From sequence record PP892526.1: a stretch of DNA of 64,000 nucleotides, one strand, 5' to 3'. Positions 42,125 to 52,117 of the stretch are shown here, piece by piece. The notes under the pieces were generated by a model, which was not told where the DNA came from, made no database searches, and saw nothing but the letters and a program-made list of their open reading frames with translations. Within the stretch, counting starts at the first letter, position 1; each line of letters begins with the position of its first letter. The position numbers and the translations under genes were made by a program. This DNA comes from Escherichia phage vB_EcoM_I14.1.

Positions 42125-42381
42125 TTTGTAAATCCTTTCTTAATGAACCAGTTGATAACAGTCTTCACAGCTTTATTGCTATGGTAGATTAAGTGCGGTG
42201 TAGGTTGGTATGAACCATAAGCCCAGAAAGCAATAATTTCACTACACCCTGTACATCTTGTACTCTCTTCAGCAATATGACCGTTGACTATTTCACTTAC
42301 CTCGCCTTGTAAGTCTGTACATCCACAATGTGGACAACGAATAGGTGCTCCGTCAGACTCATAGCAGTGTTCAATTTTCAT
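42121..42381 (-). CDS. zinc-ribbon protein
   Basis: CPHCG..CTGC cysteine pairs, 86 aa. Confidence 0.55.
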   Translation of the reverse strand: MKIEHCYESDGAPIRCPHCGCTDLQGEVSEIVNGHIAEESTRCTGCSEIIAFWAYGSYQPTPHLIYHSNKAVKTVINWFIKKGFTK

Positions 42382-42897
42382 TTATTTAACCTCAAAAACT
42401 GGCTCAAGAACCAATATAAAGTCTACACAGTCATCTTCTTCATCCAGAATACCATCAAAGTTCTTAGGAACGAAGTCGAAGAGGCTCATAACAAAGCAGT
42501 CAGAAGTAACTCTAATAGTGCCTCCCATATTCTCTACAGTCAACACTGTACGGCTTTCTTTTACCTCTCTCAGAAGATTACTCACAAAGTCATCTAAGAA
42601 GTACTTCATCAGTGACTTAAAGCCTTTAGGGTAATCTGTACCAGAGTATGTTTCAATCTGAGGTACAAGCTTAACATTTATGCTAGTCTTTGTTAAGAAT
42701 GTGCTAGAGAACATACTATCAGGTAACTTACAAACAGTCTTTCCAGTACCTTCATGCTCAATCTCAACAAAACCAGCTTCGTCGCCACATGTAACTATTT
42801 TAAAAGATGCTTCATTCTCATACTGTGAAGCCATAAACTTTTTAAGCATTTCCTTAAGGAAATCTGCATGAGCATCTTGTAAGTAGATATCAATCAT
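42382..42897 (-). CDS. hypothetical protein
   Basis: 171-aa ORF. Confidence 0.6.
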   Translation of the reverse strand: MIDIYLQDAHADFLKEMLKKFMASQYENEASFKIVTCGDEAGFVEIEHEGTGKTVCKLPDSMFSSTFLTKTSINVKLVPQIETYSGTDYPKGFKSLMKYFLDDFVSNLLREVKESRTVLTVENMGGTIRVTSDCFVMSLFDFVPKNFDGILDEEDDCVDFILVLEPVFEVK

Positions 42898-42910
42898 AGT
42901 TAATCACCTA

Positions 42911-43270
42911 TTATGGGAACAGACACTTGATGTCATCGTTTTTGAAAACGAAACTTGTGTAATTGTGACCATCAACATCCAGCCAAACAGCCTGAACATC
43001 TACACCATCAAGATTGTGGTAAAGCTCTTTGATGAAGTGGTCTTTCACAATCTGGCTGCTAGTTGTTTCCAGCTTAATATTTGAGATTGCTGAACCTACA
43101 GCCATATAACCCATGACACGTTTCTTCTCAGTATGCTTAATCTTACCATCTTTGTAAGCCATAATGAGATTGGAAAGAATCTTCACACCATAATACTTTT
43201 CAAGGTGAGTAGGTACACCATAAAAGCCTAATGCGAAGTTTTCAGAGTGGATAATGTTTTCACGTTTCAT
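42911..43270 (-). CDS. hypothetical protein
   Basis: 119-aa ORF. Confidence 0.6.
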   Translation of the reverse strand: MKRENIIHSENFALGFYGVPTHLEKYYGVKILSNLIMAYKDGKIKHTEKKRVMGYMAVGSAISNIKLETTSSQIVKDHFIKELYHNLDGVDVQAVWLDVDGHNYTSFVFKNDDIKCLFP

Positions 43271-43271
43271 A

Positions 43272-43571
43272 TTAATCTGCCAACCTTAAATTAAAATTAA
43301 CACCAAATTTTTCACATACTTCCAACATAAACTTAAGAGAAACATTACCAGTGAGATTGATTATGTTGGATACACGAGACTGAGAGATACCACAAATTTT
43401 AGCAACTTGCTCTTGAGAAAGGCCTCTGGATTTAATCTCTCTCTTAAAACGATGTGCAACGAAGTCTCTCATTTCGTCTACATCCATTGGACAAATATAA
43501 CTCTCCATTTCAGCCTCTCTGTCAGCCTCCCAATCATCTTGTGGAGCATAAGGGTCAAAAACCTCATTCAT
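43272..43571 (-). CDS. helix-turn-helix DNA-binding protein (XRE-like)
   Basis: LSQEQVAKICGISQSRVSNI motif; ATG at 43571 removes overlap with upstream gene. Confidence 0.6.
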   Translation of the reverse strand: MNEVFDPYAPQDDWEADREAEMESYICPMDVDEMRDFVAHRFKREIKSRGLSQEQVAKICGISQSRVSNIINLTGNVSLKFMLEVCEKFGVNFNLRLAD

Positions 43572-43776
43572 CTTTCTTCTTCCGTTTGCGTGAAGTGTCA
43601 ATCAATGAATCTATGTTTGTAGCTCTGACCTTTTCACGTTCATCGTTAAGATAATCATCAAGAGCCTTTTCAATCTGTGAATCATCTTGACAGATAACTG
43701 TAAAGACTGTAAAGCCGTCTATATCATCAATTATCTTACCATAACCGCTTCTGGGATGTAACTTTTTCAGAGCCAT
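43564..43776 (-). CDS. hypothetical protein
   Basis: 70-aa ORF. Confidence 0.5.
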   Translation of the reverse strand: MALKKLHPRSGYGKIIDDIDGFTVFTVICQDDSQIEKALDDYLNDEREKVRATNIDSLIDTSRKRKKKDE

Positions 43777-43777
43777 A

Positions 43778-44161
43778 TCAAATACCTGTGCAGCTTCTGT
43801 TTTCTAAGAAATACTCAACACCATACATAGCTTTTTGCATCAAATCTTCTTTAAACTGAATACGATGATTAAGCATAGCCTGTACATCAATATCATCATG
43901 GTGCTTCTCTTTAATATTTGCAGATTGCAGGAAATACTCTGCAAGAACACGATACTGATAGTCAGTTACCTTGTCAGTCATCTCTGTTAAAGATTCTTCA
44001 GAGATTGGTTTAAGTAACTCACCATTAGCCAAAGCAACACCTTTAACAATCTGGCAAGTATCTTCTGGAACACCTGATAAGTCCACATTTGGAAGTTCTG
44101 TTGCATTGACTGGTAAATTCATTGCCATAACCATTGCAGCAGCTAATAAAATCTTTTTCAT
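43778..44161 (-). CDS. secreted/periplasmic protein (signal peptide)
   Basis: N-terminal MKKILLAAAMVMAMNLPVNA signal-like sequence. Confidence 0.6.
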   Translation of the reverse strand: MKKILLAAAMVMAMNLPVNATELPNVDLSGVPEDTCQIVKGVALANGELLKPISEESLTEMTDKVTDYQYRVLAEYFLQSANIKEKHHDDIDVQAMLNHRIQFKEDLMQKAMYGVEYFLENRSCTGI

Positions 44162-44277
44162 AATGACCTCAAAGTTATATTAAATTTTGTATTACATTGA
44201 GTATAAAAATAAGCTATAACACCTGACTTGTCAACAGATTTTATAGCTTATTTGGCAGATTTTTTATAAGGCTACTG

Positions 44278-44780
44278 CCATCCTTCCATACCTTACCACA
44301 CCAAACCACACCATACCGAGCCACACCCTACCAGACCCTACCAAACCCGACCGAGCATCACTTAAAAATCCTCTTAGAAGACTCTTAAGTGATGTAATCG
44401 AATTTTAATGTAGCTCCGATTAACTACCCATACCTCACCTTACTTAACCGTACCGCACAGAACCACACCAAACCTAACACCACTTCTCATCACCTTATTA
44501 AAAACCCTGTTTAAAGACCTTTTAAAAAGATGAGTCTCATTTTAATGTAGATGAGACTAACTACCCGCACCGAACCTCACCTGACCTGACAGCACCCGAC
44601 CTCACCGCGCCATACCATACCATACTTCACTTAAAAATCCTCTTAGAAGGCTCTTAAGTGATGTAATCGAATTTTTATGTAGCTCCGATTAACTACCCGC
44701 ACTTTACCAAACCTCACCCTACCCTACCAGACCTTACCTAACCGCGCCGTACCTCATTAAAAGACCCTCTTAAAGACCTT
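44278..44780 (-). repeat. four tandem composite units: (GGTNN)n pentamer tract + 9-bp-stem palindrome + conserved hairpin
   Basis: Minus-strand GGT every 5 nt for 10-15 repeats per tract; palindrome ATCACTTAA..TTAAGTGAT at 44357-44393 and 44627-44663; hairpins TAATCG..CGATTA 44395-44422 and 44664-44691; each followed by ACTACCC. Confidence 0.8.
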
Positions 44781-44805
44781 TTAAAAAGGAGCCTCCGAAG
44801 AGGCT
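44781..44805 (-). terminator. rho-independent terminator after gene 44817..45257
   Basis: AGCCTC-ttcg-GAGGCT then TTTTT on minus strand. Confidence 0.7.
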
Positions 44806-44816
44806 ACCTAGTCAAC

Positions 44817-45257
44817 TTAGAAAGGTTTTCTACGTTGCTTATTAATGTTAGCTTTCATAGCAGCTAAATGGTTTTGCTGTTCAATCAGTCGTGAGCGTTC
44901 TTGATGGCTAAGTGCCATAGTGTTCACATTCTCAATCGCTTGAGTGGCTTGCTTTAAAGCTCGACCAATCTTGCCAGACATTTTACGTTTTGCAATAGTT
45001 GCTTGATGCTTAGGTTCAACCACACGATAACCAACACCCATTGAAGCAACCAGATAAATCTTCTCTTCTTTAAGAAGCTTCTCAATAAACTTCTCAAGTC
45101 GGTTTAGACGTGTAAGCGCATAAGCCTTCATTTCATCTTCGTACTTAACAATGTCACCTTGATAAGTTGGCTTCACAATACCTAAGAATGTGTCCATCTC
45201 AGAATGTGATACAGTGTCACCGTAACTAAACTTTGCTGCTAATGCTTTTGTATTCAT
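44817..45257 (-). CDS. hypothetical protein
   Basis: 146-aa ORF flanked by repeat arrays. Confidence 0.6.
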   Translation of the reverse strand: MNTKALAAKFSYGDTVSHSEMDTFLGIVKPTYQGDIVKYEDEMKAYALTRLNRLEKFIEKLLKEEKIYLVASMGVGYRVVEPKHQATIAKRKMSGKIGRALKQATQAIENVNTMALSHQERSRLIEQQNHLAAMKANINKQRRKPF

Positions 45258-45259
45258 AA

Positions 45260-45865
<606 letters not shown>

Positions 45866-45920
45866 TTAGTTGATTGTTAAGTTGTTTGTAAAGAACCCTC
45901 AACAGAAGACTCTTTAGAAA

Positions 45921-46100
45921 CTTGGTAGATTTTTAACGTGGCTACTACCATCCACCCAGACTTTACCATACCTCACCAGACCATACCTCACCTGGCCGCG
46001 CCTTGCCTTGCCAAACATCACTTAAAAACCCTTTTAAAAGACTCTTAAGTGATGCTGGTGAGTACCCGTTGGTTTATGCTGCTCAGTATACTCACCAAAT
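45921..46100 (-). repeat. fifth copy of the composite unit (GGTNN tract + palindrome + hairpin)
   Basis: GGCTACTACCATCC start matches 44271; palindrome ATCACTTAA..TTAAGTGAT 46007-46033; hairpin GGTGAGTA..TACTCACC. Confidence 0.75.
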
Positions 46101-46119
46101 TTTCTATGTCAACAACTTT

Positions 46120-47220
46120 TTATTCGTAGTCTCGAATAACGAGGCCAACAGGAAACTGTAAAGAACCCTTACGAGTCATCTTCTGGAACTGAACCGTTAA
46201 AGGCTTCCCAATAAACTCTTCAGGATGTTCAGCAAGATACTGTTTCTTCTCATGAGTAGTCTTCCATGAGACATCTACAAAGACGTTAGGAAGAGTCTCT
46301 ACAACGAACTTGCCATGACCACGCTTATCAGTCTTTACACCAGTCACTTTAAATTCTTCAGTGTGCATCTTCTTGTGCTTAATCAAGAAGTACGAACGGT
46401 GACAACACTCATAGAAGGAGTCTTCAGAGATTGAACGGTACATTGCACCTTCAAACTTAGCTTCAACCCACTTATCATGAGCTTCATCAAACTCTTCCCA
46501 AGAATTTACACGACGAGACTTAACAGGAACAACTTTACAGCCATCTCTGAAGTCATTCAATGGTGAAGTCTCAATGATATCTCTACGCTCAGGCCACGTC
46601 TTAGTGCTGTCACAGATGTCGTACCAGTAAAACTGGAGTAGATGTCGGTCTGGATTGTCAGCATTCTTAATCATAGACACAATATCTTCTAAGTCCCAAC
46701 CATGAGCATAAATCTCACCATCAAAGTCTTCGACTTGTGGATGCAATTTAAGCAACAAAAGCAAATCTGGGATTAGTTCTGCTGGGACGTTGTAAACAGC
46801 ATTCTCACGAGAATAAGCCGTGAAGCTAACTGAATCAGCATCTCTTGAAATTCTACAACGTACACCATCAAGTTTTGGTTGAGCATCAGCAGGGAATATC
46901 AAATACTTTGCATGACTCACCTTTGCAGCATCATGAGCAAGCTGTACACCTACCTTCTCAGTATTCTGTGCAGACTCTTTTGTGTAAGCATAGCCTTTGC
47001 GGTCAATTTGCTTTTTATACTTAGCAGCAACTTCAAAGAGAGCTTGCTGTTCAGCGTTACGCTCATTCTTTTTACCGATGTTTTTCGGTTCTGCTGTGTA
47101 CTCTTCAAACATCATCTTGCCATTTTCTTTACCGTAGGTTGTAATAACTTTGTCGCCTACAGCAACGCATGACCATACGTTGAAAGAGCCATCTTTATTT
47201 TGTTTGTACAGTATTGTCAT
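46120..47220 (-). CDS. ATP-dependent DNA ligase
   Basis: Adenylation motif PKLDGVRC; ATG at 47220 directly after upstream stop (track start 47256 overlaps). Confidence 0.85.
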   Translation of the reverse strand: MTILYKQNKDGSFNVWSCVAVGDKVITTYGKENGKMMFEEYTAEPKNIGKKNERNAEQQALFEVAAKYKKQIDRKGYAYTKESAQNTEKVGVQLAHDAAKVSHAKYLIFPADAQPKLDGVRCRISRDADSVSFTAYSRENAVYNVPAELIPDLLLLLKLHPQVEDFDGEIYAHGWDLEDIVSMIKNADNPDRHLLQFYWYDICDSTKTWPERRDIIETSPLNDFRDGCKVVPVKSRRVNSWEEFDEAHDKWVEAKFEGAMYRSISEDSFYECCHRSYFLIKHKKMHTEEFKVTGVKTDKRGHGKFVVETLPNVFVDVSWKTTHEKKQYLAEHPEEFIGKPLTVQFQKMTRKGSLQFPVGLVIRDYE

Positions 47221-47221
47221 T

Positions 47222-47413
47222 TTATTCCTCTGAGTGATACCAAGTGTTGCAAGCATTACATGCGTAAAGCTCTAAGTCATTTTTATCTGGTTTATGAAAA
47301 CAGTTTGCTCCGCAGTGGCAACGAAACGGCTTTCCACCAACTGTCAGGATGAAAGATTGAACCTTTCCATCAGGAGTTCGTACAGCATTTTTATGCTTAT
47401 CTTCTTTGTTCAT
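47222..47413 (-). CDS. small Cys-rich (zinc-binding) protein
   Basis: 63 aa with CHCG..C..CNAC pattern. Confidence 0.55.
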   Translation of the reverse strand: MNKEDKHKNAVRTPDGKVQSFILTVGGKPFRCHCGANCFHKPDKNDLELYACNACNTWYHSEE

Positions 47414-47616
47414 TTTCTCTTACCACCAATCTCTACGTCAATAACCTGAACATCACCAGCAACATCAAACTTGTGAATGATGCTTTCCACAGTGTAAGTC
47501 CAACCATCGATGCGAACCAATTCACCTTCTCGTGGGACTATTGGGTTACGTTGAGCTACGGTTGTAGTGGAGTGAACAACATCATAACAATAGATATAGT
47601 TTACTAGGACTTCCAT
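47410..47616 (-). CDS. hypothetical protein
   Basis: Track ORF 47410..47715 overlaps lipoprotein gene; ATG at 47616 with GAGG RBS removes overlap. Confidence 0.5.
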   Translation of the reverse strand: MEVLVNYIYCYDVVHSTTTVAQRNPIVPREGELVRIDGWTYTVESIIHKFDVAGDVQVIDVEIGGKRK

Positions 47617-47626
47617 CGTGAAAACC

Positions 47627-47863
47627 TCACTCAATAACCGTAGTATGTGATTGACCATTTTTGCCATAGCTATAAGATGTTGTTGTTTGAGAGTTTGGAC
47701 ATCTGACAACAACAATATCTCTGCTTATGGCATCGCCATGTAACTTGTAGACTTTGCAATCTTGCATCTCTGGTGGGAGGCTATAAGAAGCATTTTTATC
47801 CTCGTAAGAGGGATTGCAGCCAGCTAGAAAAATAACACCAAGCACAATTACTGCTTTCCACAT
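47627..47863 (-). CDS. small lipoprotein (signal peptide + lipobox LAGC)
   Basis: MWKAVIVLGVIFLAGC N-terminus, 78 aa. Confidence 0.65.
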   Translation of the reverse strand: MWKAVIVLGVIFLAGCNPSYEDKNASYSLPPEMQDCKVYKLHGDAISRDIVVVRCPNSQTTTSYSYGKNGQSHTTVIE

Positions 47864-47877
47864 AGCACTTCTCCTAT

Positions 47878-48033
47878 TTACTGTTCACGATGTTCTACTT
47901 CTCTATATGTACGCCGGTAGTATATGATGAGCTGTGCTAAGTCGCTACTTTTAACATCTGAGCGTAACAGTTGCCAATCAAAACCTTTACCGACCCTTCC
48001 ATATAAACTAAAGAATTTTACTTTGCGTTTCAT
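47878..48033 (-). CDS. small basic protein (51 aa), absent from ORF track
   Basis: Hand translation MKRKVKFFSLYGRVGKGFDWQLLRSDVKSSDLAQLIIYYRRTYREVEHREQ; fills the gap between two minus-strand genes. Confidence 0.45.
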   Translation of the reverse strand: MKRKVKFFSLYGRVGKGFDWQLLRSDVKSSDLAQLIIYYRRTYREVEHREQ

Positions 48034-48050
48034 TTTGGTGTTCCCAATAC

Positions 48051-48278
48051 TCAGAGGTCAATGCTAATACGTTCACCCTTAAGGACTCCTGTACGGTCTC
48101 TTGCAATCTTACCGTCAACAATAAGGATATGCGCAGACTTTAAAGATTCACTATTAAAACCTTTTACGAACTTACTAGGCATCACCACAATAAGCATCTC
48201 TTGAATCAACTCTGGAGTATAGCAATTGTCGTGAAGTTGCTGAATAACATCTGCAAGTGTCATTTTTGGTGTCTCCAA
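48051..48278 (-). CDS. small protein, paralog of 48466..48675
   Basis: Shared MTLxxxxxQL..ExxLIVxxxS..GKIA(R/K)D(R/K)TG(V/Y)LKGER(I/V) pattern. Confidence 0.6.
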   Translation of the reverse strand: METPKMTLADVIQQLHDNCYTPELIQEMLIVVMPSKFVKGFNSESLKSAHILIVDGKIARDRTGVLKGERISIDL

Positions 48279-48469
48279 TACTCAATGTCAATAAGTTCTT
48301 GTGCAATGCTTTTCAGATTACCTTTCAAGAAAACCTTCTCAGAACCTGAAAGAGATGAATTGTCAATTAACCTGTTCATTCTCTCAAACAACTTCTGTTT
48401 ACGATTCTTGATAGTTTCCTTTGAAGCACCTTTCATCATCGCTGCATGGGTTCTTCCACGGTGGCTCAT
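48260..48469 (-). CDS. hypothetical basic protein
   Basis: 69-aa ORF between the paralogs. Confidence 0.5.
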   Translation of the reverse strand: MSHRGRTHAAMMKGASKETIKNRKQKLFERMNRLIDNSSLSGSEKVFLKGNLKSIAQELIDIEYWRHQK

Positions 48470-48675
48470 AGTAAACTCTCAATATTTACACGCTCACCTT
48501 TTAAGTAGCCTGTCTTATCTTTTGCGATTTTACCTCCAGCAATAAAGATATCTACTCTACGTAGAACTTCAGGGTTTACCCTAGAACTACTGCAAATGAC
48601 AATAAGCATACTTTCAATCTCTTTTTGAGAATACCCAGCACATTGCAACTGTACTTCAATCTCTGAAAGTGTCAT
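48466..48675 (-). CDS. small protein, paralog of 48051..48278
   Basis: See paralog. Confidence 0.6.
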   Translation of the reverse strand: MTLSEIEVQLQCAGYSQKEIESMLIVICSSSRVNPEVLRRVDIFIAGGKIAKDKTGYLKGERVNIESLL

Positions 48676-48736
48676 GTGACCTCCTATACAAGATACAGTA
48701 TAAGGTACTCTTCCATGAGCACCTTGTCAATATTAA

Positions 48737-51436
48737 TTAGTGTACTTCAAGCCAGCTTTTACCAACCTTACCAGTACCTGTTACAAGTGTTTCTTTCTTA
48801 AGACCTAAGTTCTTAGAAGCTTGCCCATAATACCAGTCAGTAACTGCTTTCACTTCTGCCGTCATACTTTCTGGACATTCCCAACTCGTTTCATCGTGAT
48901 ATGCGCAGAGCAAGCGAGCACCAATAGCTGGTTGACGACCATTCAACTTCATCAAACCTTCGTCAATCATACGACGACAAGCAAGGTTAATTGCCTCATT
49001 TTGAATCTGAGCCTCTGAACCCATCAAAAGATAGTTCAACAGTTTGTGTGGAGATTTACACCACAACCAAGCTCCAGCAACCTTTACAAAACCCCCTTTA
49101 GAGATTGCAGCAGTCTTACCAAACACCTCTTCAAGTGCTTTTTTAGTCGCTTTGTAGTCAGCTTCCAAGTCATCAAGCAGCTTCTTAATTTTAGGCAAAC
49201 GAATAAAGTAAGTCTGTTTAGTCAGTGCACCTTCCTGAGTAGTTGCAGCTTTAATCGTCTTAGCAAACTTCTCATCACCTGCACCGAACAGCAGTGCATA
49301 GATACCATTCTTAGCTTTCTTACGACCCTTACTAATCTCATGAAGAAGATTCTCATCCTGAGTAGCTCGGCAAGTCAAGATATCCTGCTCATCATTCAAG
49401 CTAAAGTAAATACTGTTCAGTGTGTGTGCATCAGTCCCTGAATAGACAACGTAAAGGTCATTCTCAGAGTCATAGCGTAGGTACTTATCAATCTCTGGAT
49501 TGAGGTACTCATCAAAGTGTTTGCAGTAATAGCGTCCATCTTCTTGACGAATAAACTCAATCTCTTCTTTACCTTGCGTTACCGCTTTGGTGAAGTCTTT
49601 GTCACCCATAAAGTTACAAAGAAGAACTAGCTGGGCTGAGTTCATGTCTACAGAGACAACGTTAGTACCTTCTTCACAAATCCACACTGCCCTCATTGGT
49701 TCCCCATAGACAGCAGCACCAGACGGTACGTTTACAATACCATACTGTGTCATACGCCCAGTTGAAGTACCAAATACCATTGCACCAGCACTAAGGCGAC
49801 CATCAGGACGAATCTGGTTCAGCCAACCTTTTTCATCATCCTTTGAGTTCTCAATAGTTCTGCGTCGGTGCATCAAAGTATAGTACTTAGCAATCTTCTG
49901 TCCAAGCTCACCTTCAATCGTATCATAAGATGATTCAGTAAGCTTTGGTGAAGTCCTAATCAGACAAGGTTCAAGTAAATCTGTGTACTTCTTCACAGAC
50001 CAGTTATGCTCAATGTACTGGACACCTTCATGTTCAACATAACTCAACCCACACCGTTCAACCATCTCCTGCCACTTAGGATGCTTTGTAATCATCTTTT
50101 TGTTGTCTTTGAAACGACAAACTTTGACAGGGCGACCGTCTGAATCTTTCTTGTAGTTCCAGTCATCTGGAATCCAACCAACTGATTTCAAATAGTCTTT
50201 AACAACTGCTACCTGAGTCATACGAGAAACTTCGAACTCAATTGGTGTATATGGTGCATCAATCAAACCTGTGTAGCGACTTGACTCAAGCTCAAAGTGG
50301 TTAACAACATGGCTGTTATAGTACTTCACAGTTTTAACTGTTTTTACTGGCTTCCAATCTTTGCATTTCTTACCAATCTTTGCATTCAACTCATTGCAAA
50401 TTGCACGAGCATCCTTCATTGCTACAAAACCTTCCTTGTACTCTTCACCAGTTACAGAGTTGGTTGGTGTATAGCAATTCCGCTTTTCAATGTTAAAAAT
50501 CTTTGTAGTTGGCTTACCAAATGGCTTGATTTCATATGTCTGCATCTCACCGTTACGTACCTGCTGACGATACTTTGTCTTAGGGTACTTGGTAATTCTC
50601 TTCAATCCATCTGCATGCCCGAATGCTTCAACATACTCATTCCAAGCTTTTGCAAACTCTTCTCCAGTGACTTTACCTTTGGTCTTAATAGTTGGTGGAA
50701 GGTGTGGTTCAACTTCTGAAGCAAGCTCATTAGTCAACTTGTCAAGTTCCTTTACATGAAACTCCATAAGTTCTTTATCAGCTTTCCAACCATTGATAGC
50801 TTGTTGACTCATCCAGAAAGATGTTTCTTTAGCTCGCATGTAGGTTTCATAAGTATCTACGCCACACTTCTTCAGCTTGAGATATTCATTATCCAGTGCG
50901 CGTTTAGTTTTGGCGTTAATACGGATATCTTCTACAACACGAGTGAAGATTTCTGCATTCCACACACCCCAATGTTCAATCTCTGGTTTACGTACACCAA
51001 CACGAGCACCCCATGCTGCCAAGCCATGAGCGCCTTTATAGCCTTTTGGAGTTGGTCTATCCATCCACTGAACACGAGACTGGATAAGAGAATCCTGAAA
51101 GAAATTACTCCACGGCTTACACTTTGGATTATCAAAGTTCCACAAATCAGGTGCAATGTGATTGAAAACCCACCAGTCATATCCCAGACCATTATGGATG
51201 CAAAGTCGTTTTGCCTTTAACGCAAACTCAACACCTTCACGCAAGCCACCCTTAATGTACTTGGTATACTTGTGACCGAGGATAGGTTCATCTGTAAAGA
51301 CCCATACAGGCGGCTCTTCATCGTCAGATTTATAGTCTGCGAAAGCCATTACGTGCACTTTAGTGAACTCAAGGAGTAAACCATCAGTTTCTGTATCACC
51401 AACTAAATGTAAGTTTTTAAAATCTACGTTTTCCAT
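48737..51436 (-). CDS. DNA polymerase, family A, with 3'-5' exonuclease domain
   Basis: Exo motif LVGDTETDGL; motif B KNGIYALLFGAG; motif C YHDE; ATG at 51436 with GGAGT RBS. Confidence 0.85.
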   Translation of the reverse strand: MENVDFKNLHLVGDTETDGLLLEFTKVHVMAFADYKSDDEEPPVWVFTDEPILGHKYTKYIKGGLREGVEFALKAKRLCIHNGLGYDWWVFNHIAPDLWNFDNPKCKPWSNFFQDSLIQSRVQWMDRPTPKGYKGAHGLAAWGARVGVRKPEIEHWGVWNAEIFTRVVEDIRINAKTKRALDNEYLKLKKCGVDTYETYMRAKETSFWMSQQAINGWKADKELMEFHVKELDKLTNELASEVEPHLPPTIKTKGKVTGEEFAKAWNEYVEAFGHADGLKRITKYPKTKYRQQVRNGEMQTYEIKPFGKPTTKIFNIEKRNCYTPTNSVTGEEYKEGFVAMKDARAICNELNAKIGKKCKDWKPVKTVKTVKYYNSHVVNHFELESSRYTGLIDAPYTPIEFEVSRMTQVAVVKDYLKSVGWIPDDWNYKKDSDGRPVKVCRFKDNKKMITKHPKWQEMVERCGLSYVEHEGVQYIEHNWSVKKYTDLLEPCLIRTSPKLTESSYDTIEGELGQKIAKYYTLMHRRRTIENSKDDEKGWLNQIRPDGRLSAGAMVFGTSTGRMTQYGIVNVPSGAAVYGEPMRAVWICEEGTNVVSVDMNSAQLVLLCNFMGDKDFTKAVTQGKEEIEFIRQEDGRYYCKHFDEYLNPEIDKYLRYDSENDLYVVYSGTDAHTLNSIYFSLNDEQDILTCRATQDENLLHEISKGRKKAKNGIYALLFGAGDEKFAKTIKAATTQEGALTKQTYFIRLPKIKKLLDDLEADYKATKKALEEVFGKTAAISKGGFVKVAGAWLWCKSPHKLLNYLLMGSEAQIQNEAINLACRRMIDEGLMKLNGRQPAIGARLLCAYHDETSWECPESMTAEVKAVTDWYYGQASKNLGLKKETLVTGTGKVGKSWLEVH

Positions 51437-51494
51437 TTTTACTCCCTCTAAAATCATTAACCTCATACATTACTGCAAAAAATTATAAAAAGCA

Positions 51495-51520
51495 AGTTGA
51501 CAATGTACTTGACAAGGTGT
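51495..51520 (+). promoter_or_regulatory. second copy of conserved tandem-TTGACAA element
   Basis: AGTTGACAATGTACTTGACAAGGTGT, near-identical to 8679-8705. Confidence 0.5.
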
Positions 51521-51693
51521 TAATCTTTGCGAAGTGGGTTTTTACTTAAAAGGTTACTTAACAGTTTAACTATACAGATACTTTAAAACTCTTAAAAGAT
51601 TATTTAATAGCTTTTAAAAAGCTTTAAAGTATAACGTATAGAATACGTTAAGATAAAAGATTAAAACTTAATAGTTACTTAAAAGAGGCTTAC

Positions 51694-52116
51694 ATGCAGA
51701 AAATGTTTGTTCACCCAGACATAGCTAACTTTGTTAGGGCTTTGCAGAAGTTGGAAGAACTTGACATTGCTGCTCAACGGGAATATGCTCACCATCACAG
51801 GAGAATGGTTGATATACAACATGAAATAGAGTTGTCTGAAAACTATGAAGATGACTTAAAATGCTCTGTATTTGAGCATATGAAAGATGTTGCTACAGCG
51901 AGACGTAAAGCTAAAGACACAGTTGCTTTACTAGATTCTCTTAAAAAGAGGTTGCAAAGTGGTACAGACCTGTGTAATCTAGCGTCACTGATTAACGATG
52001 TTGAAACTTCTTGGGATAGACATTACTATCCACGTTCTGAAAAGACACTTGACTTTTCTTCATCAGAAAACTTAAAATGTTCTAGAAAGAAACTTAACCA
52101 ACTGAGAGAGAAATAA
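51694..52116 (+). CDS. hypothetical protein
   Basis: 140-aa ORF. Confidence 0.6.
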   Translation: MQKMFVHPDIANFVRALQKLEELDIAAQREYAHHHRRMVDIQHEIELSENYEDDLKCSVFEHMKDVATARRKAKDTVALLDSLKKRLQSGTDLCNLASLINDVETSWDRHYYPRSEKTLDFSSSENLKCSRKKLNQLREK

Positions 52117-52117
52117 T

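Noticed and set aside
44278-44790. Possible CRISPR array
   Set aside because: Units are long, imperfect and composite (pentamer tract + palindrome + hairpin), not short identical repeats separated by unique spacers of uniform length; no cas genes in the window
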